The position numbers and the translations under genes were made by a program. A stretch of 63,656 bases of DNA, filler included, from Octopus bimaculoides (lineage: Eukaryota): the NCBI RefSeq assembly GCF_001194135.2. It is 6 parts of 6 records of this genome, joined end to end, with 100 filler letters (N's around TTAATTAATTAA, not from the genome) between each part and the next. Parts side by side here need not be neighbours in the genome. Positions count along the whole stretch, not along the records: positions 61,684 to 63,656 come from NW_026351367.1; 5 more parts are not named here. One strand, given 5' to 3'. The notes under the pieces were generated by a model. That model was not told where the DNA came from, did not search any database, and was given only the letters and a program-made list of their open reading frames with translations. Positions 63,531 to 63,656 of this stretch are shown one piece after another (within the stretch, counting starts at the first letter, position 1; each line of letters opens with the position of its first letter).

Positions 63531-63656
63531 AATTAAATACTACATGTCTTTGTTTATATGCATATATAATGTGTGTATTTATTTATACATCTACAATATA
63601 TAGATATATGTATAAATAAAAGCATACATACGTTATATATATATATATATATATAT

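Overview
AT-rich eukaryotic DNA from a gapped short-read assembly. It is saturated with microsatellites and SINE/LINE/Tc1-mariner debris, and the repeat families point to an octopus (inference). The only host gene I can support is the 3' part of OXCT1/SCOT (succinyl-CoA:3-ketoacid CoA transferase) on the minus strand. It has five GT-AG exons (13379-13258, 12142-12067, 11022-10933, 10312-10130, 8532-8491) that splice in frame to 170 aa plus stop. I found no upstream OXCT1 exon in the remaining ~50 kb. The rest of the window holds tRNA-derived SINEs of several families, CR1-like and RTE-like LINE fragments, a Gypsy pol/3'-LTR remnant, several Tc1/mariner/pogo relics and MITEs (hAT, Tigger-like, mariner). 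Nearly all ORFs in the supplied track are microsatellite or N-gap artefacts. I saw no rRNA, intact tRNA or CRISPR array. The best second-look items are: two minimal hammerhead-ribozyme-like motifs (one in an inverted/direct-repeat module), an RTE LINE with a twin-priming-type 5' inversion, an inverted repeat pair bracketing four OXCT1 exons that would give a stop-free 471-nt circle, and a perfect 19-bp intronic hairpin. I do not see clear evidence of a wholly new biological system. Most repeat boundaries were read by eye and are approximate unless a TIR or TSD is given.
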